In this document: positions 62,797 to 62,933 of the stretch, piece by piece
Layout: every line of letters starts with the position of its first letter
How positions within the stretch are numbered: position 1 is the first letter of the stretch
Virus record (IMG/VR): IMGVR_UViG_3300014913_001316
Direction: 5' to 3' (one strand)
DNA from: a virus
DNA length: 62,933 bases
Program-made: the position numbers and the translations under genes
The notes under the pieces: model-generated
The model's database searches: none
The model's input: only the letters and a program-made list of their open reading frames with translations
What the model was told of the DNA's origin: nothing

Positions 62797-62933
62797 TTAT
62801 TTGTTTTTTAAAAATTCGTAGTCTTTTTTGCAGAAGTCTATGAGTGATTTTACTTGTTCTTTTATAAGGTTGGTGTATTGTTCGTCTATATCGTCATGTA
62901 CGATTGTTTTGTTGTTTATTATAAGTTTTATTC
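62797..62933 (-). CDS. Partial hypothetical CDS running off the right edge
   Basis: ...IKLIINNKTIVHDDIDEQYTNLIKEQVKSLIDFCKKDYEFLKNK*; no start within the window. Confidence 0.55.
   Translation of the reverse strand, partial: IKLIINNKTIVHDDIDEQYTNLIKEQVKSLIDFCKKDYEFLKNK

Larger units (their letters stand above)
1..62933. mobile_element. Archaeal virus or virus-like extrachromosomal element (partial); probably enveloped/pleomorphic or spindle-shaped rather than head-tail
   Basis: Dense small-gene early regions, viral-type replication kit (PCNA, RFC-S, MCM core, AEP, RNase H, ligase, MTase), one long co-oriented membrane/secreted-protein block, and no housekeeping genes. No terminase, HK97 capsid or integrase recognised. 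A minus-strand ORF runs off the right edge. Confidence 0.8.

Noticed and set aside
1-62933. Window as a complete circular genome
   Set aside because: No terminal repeat seen, and joining the ends puts a stop codon directly before the partial minus-strand ORF at 62797-62933, so the element continues beyond the window.

Overview
This AT-rich window (roughly one-third GC) looks like most of the genome of an archaeal virus or virus-like extrachromosomal element. It is truncated at least on the right edge. The archaeal signals are PCNA, RFC-S, an MCM-like AAA+ protein, a PriS-type primase, a Sec11-type signal peptidase, a class III (pilin) signal peptide, GGTGA/GGAGG ribosome-binding sites and TATA-box leaderless promoters. 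Its surface-protein domain types suggest a Thermoplasmatota host (inference). Layout: (i) 1-7 kb, + strand, repair and replication genes (Ku, ATP-dependent ligase, PCNA, RFC-S core, MCM AAA+ core); (ii) 7-12 kb, - strand, small accessory genes; (iii) about 12-53 kb, almost all - strand, a very large block of secreted and membrane-anchored proteins; (iv) 53-63 kb, small genes with a C5 DNA methyltransferase, RNase HI, primase and an AT-rich repeat region. I recognised no HK97 or double jelly-roll capsid, portal, terminase, FtsK/HerA packaging ATPase, integrase, polB or reverse transcriptase. The most interesting candidate system is an element-encoded modular fibre/adhesin kit. It comprises a 175-aa pilin-like protein whose domain is duplicated, minus its N-terminal strand, at the end of an 844-aa beta-propeller adhesin; three adhesin paralogues with constant ends and swapped lectin-like middles showing gene-conversion patchwork; a 1572-aa LamG scaffold with three copies of a novel 40-aa motif; a TasA-like major protein; and its own signal peptidase plus two membrane-anchored subtilases. 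Also seen: a GGG-N6-GGG motif next to at least 7 promoters, apparent GATC avoidance, and several unannotated micro-ORFs. All functional calls come from reading motifs by eye; no searches or structure predictions were run.
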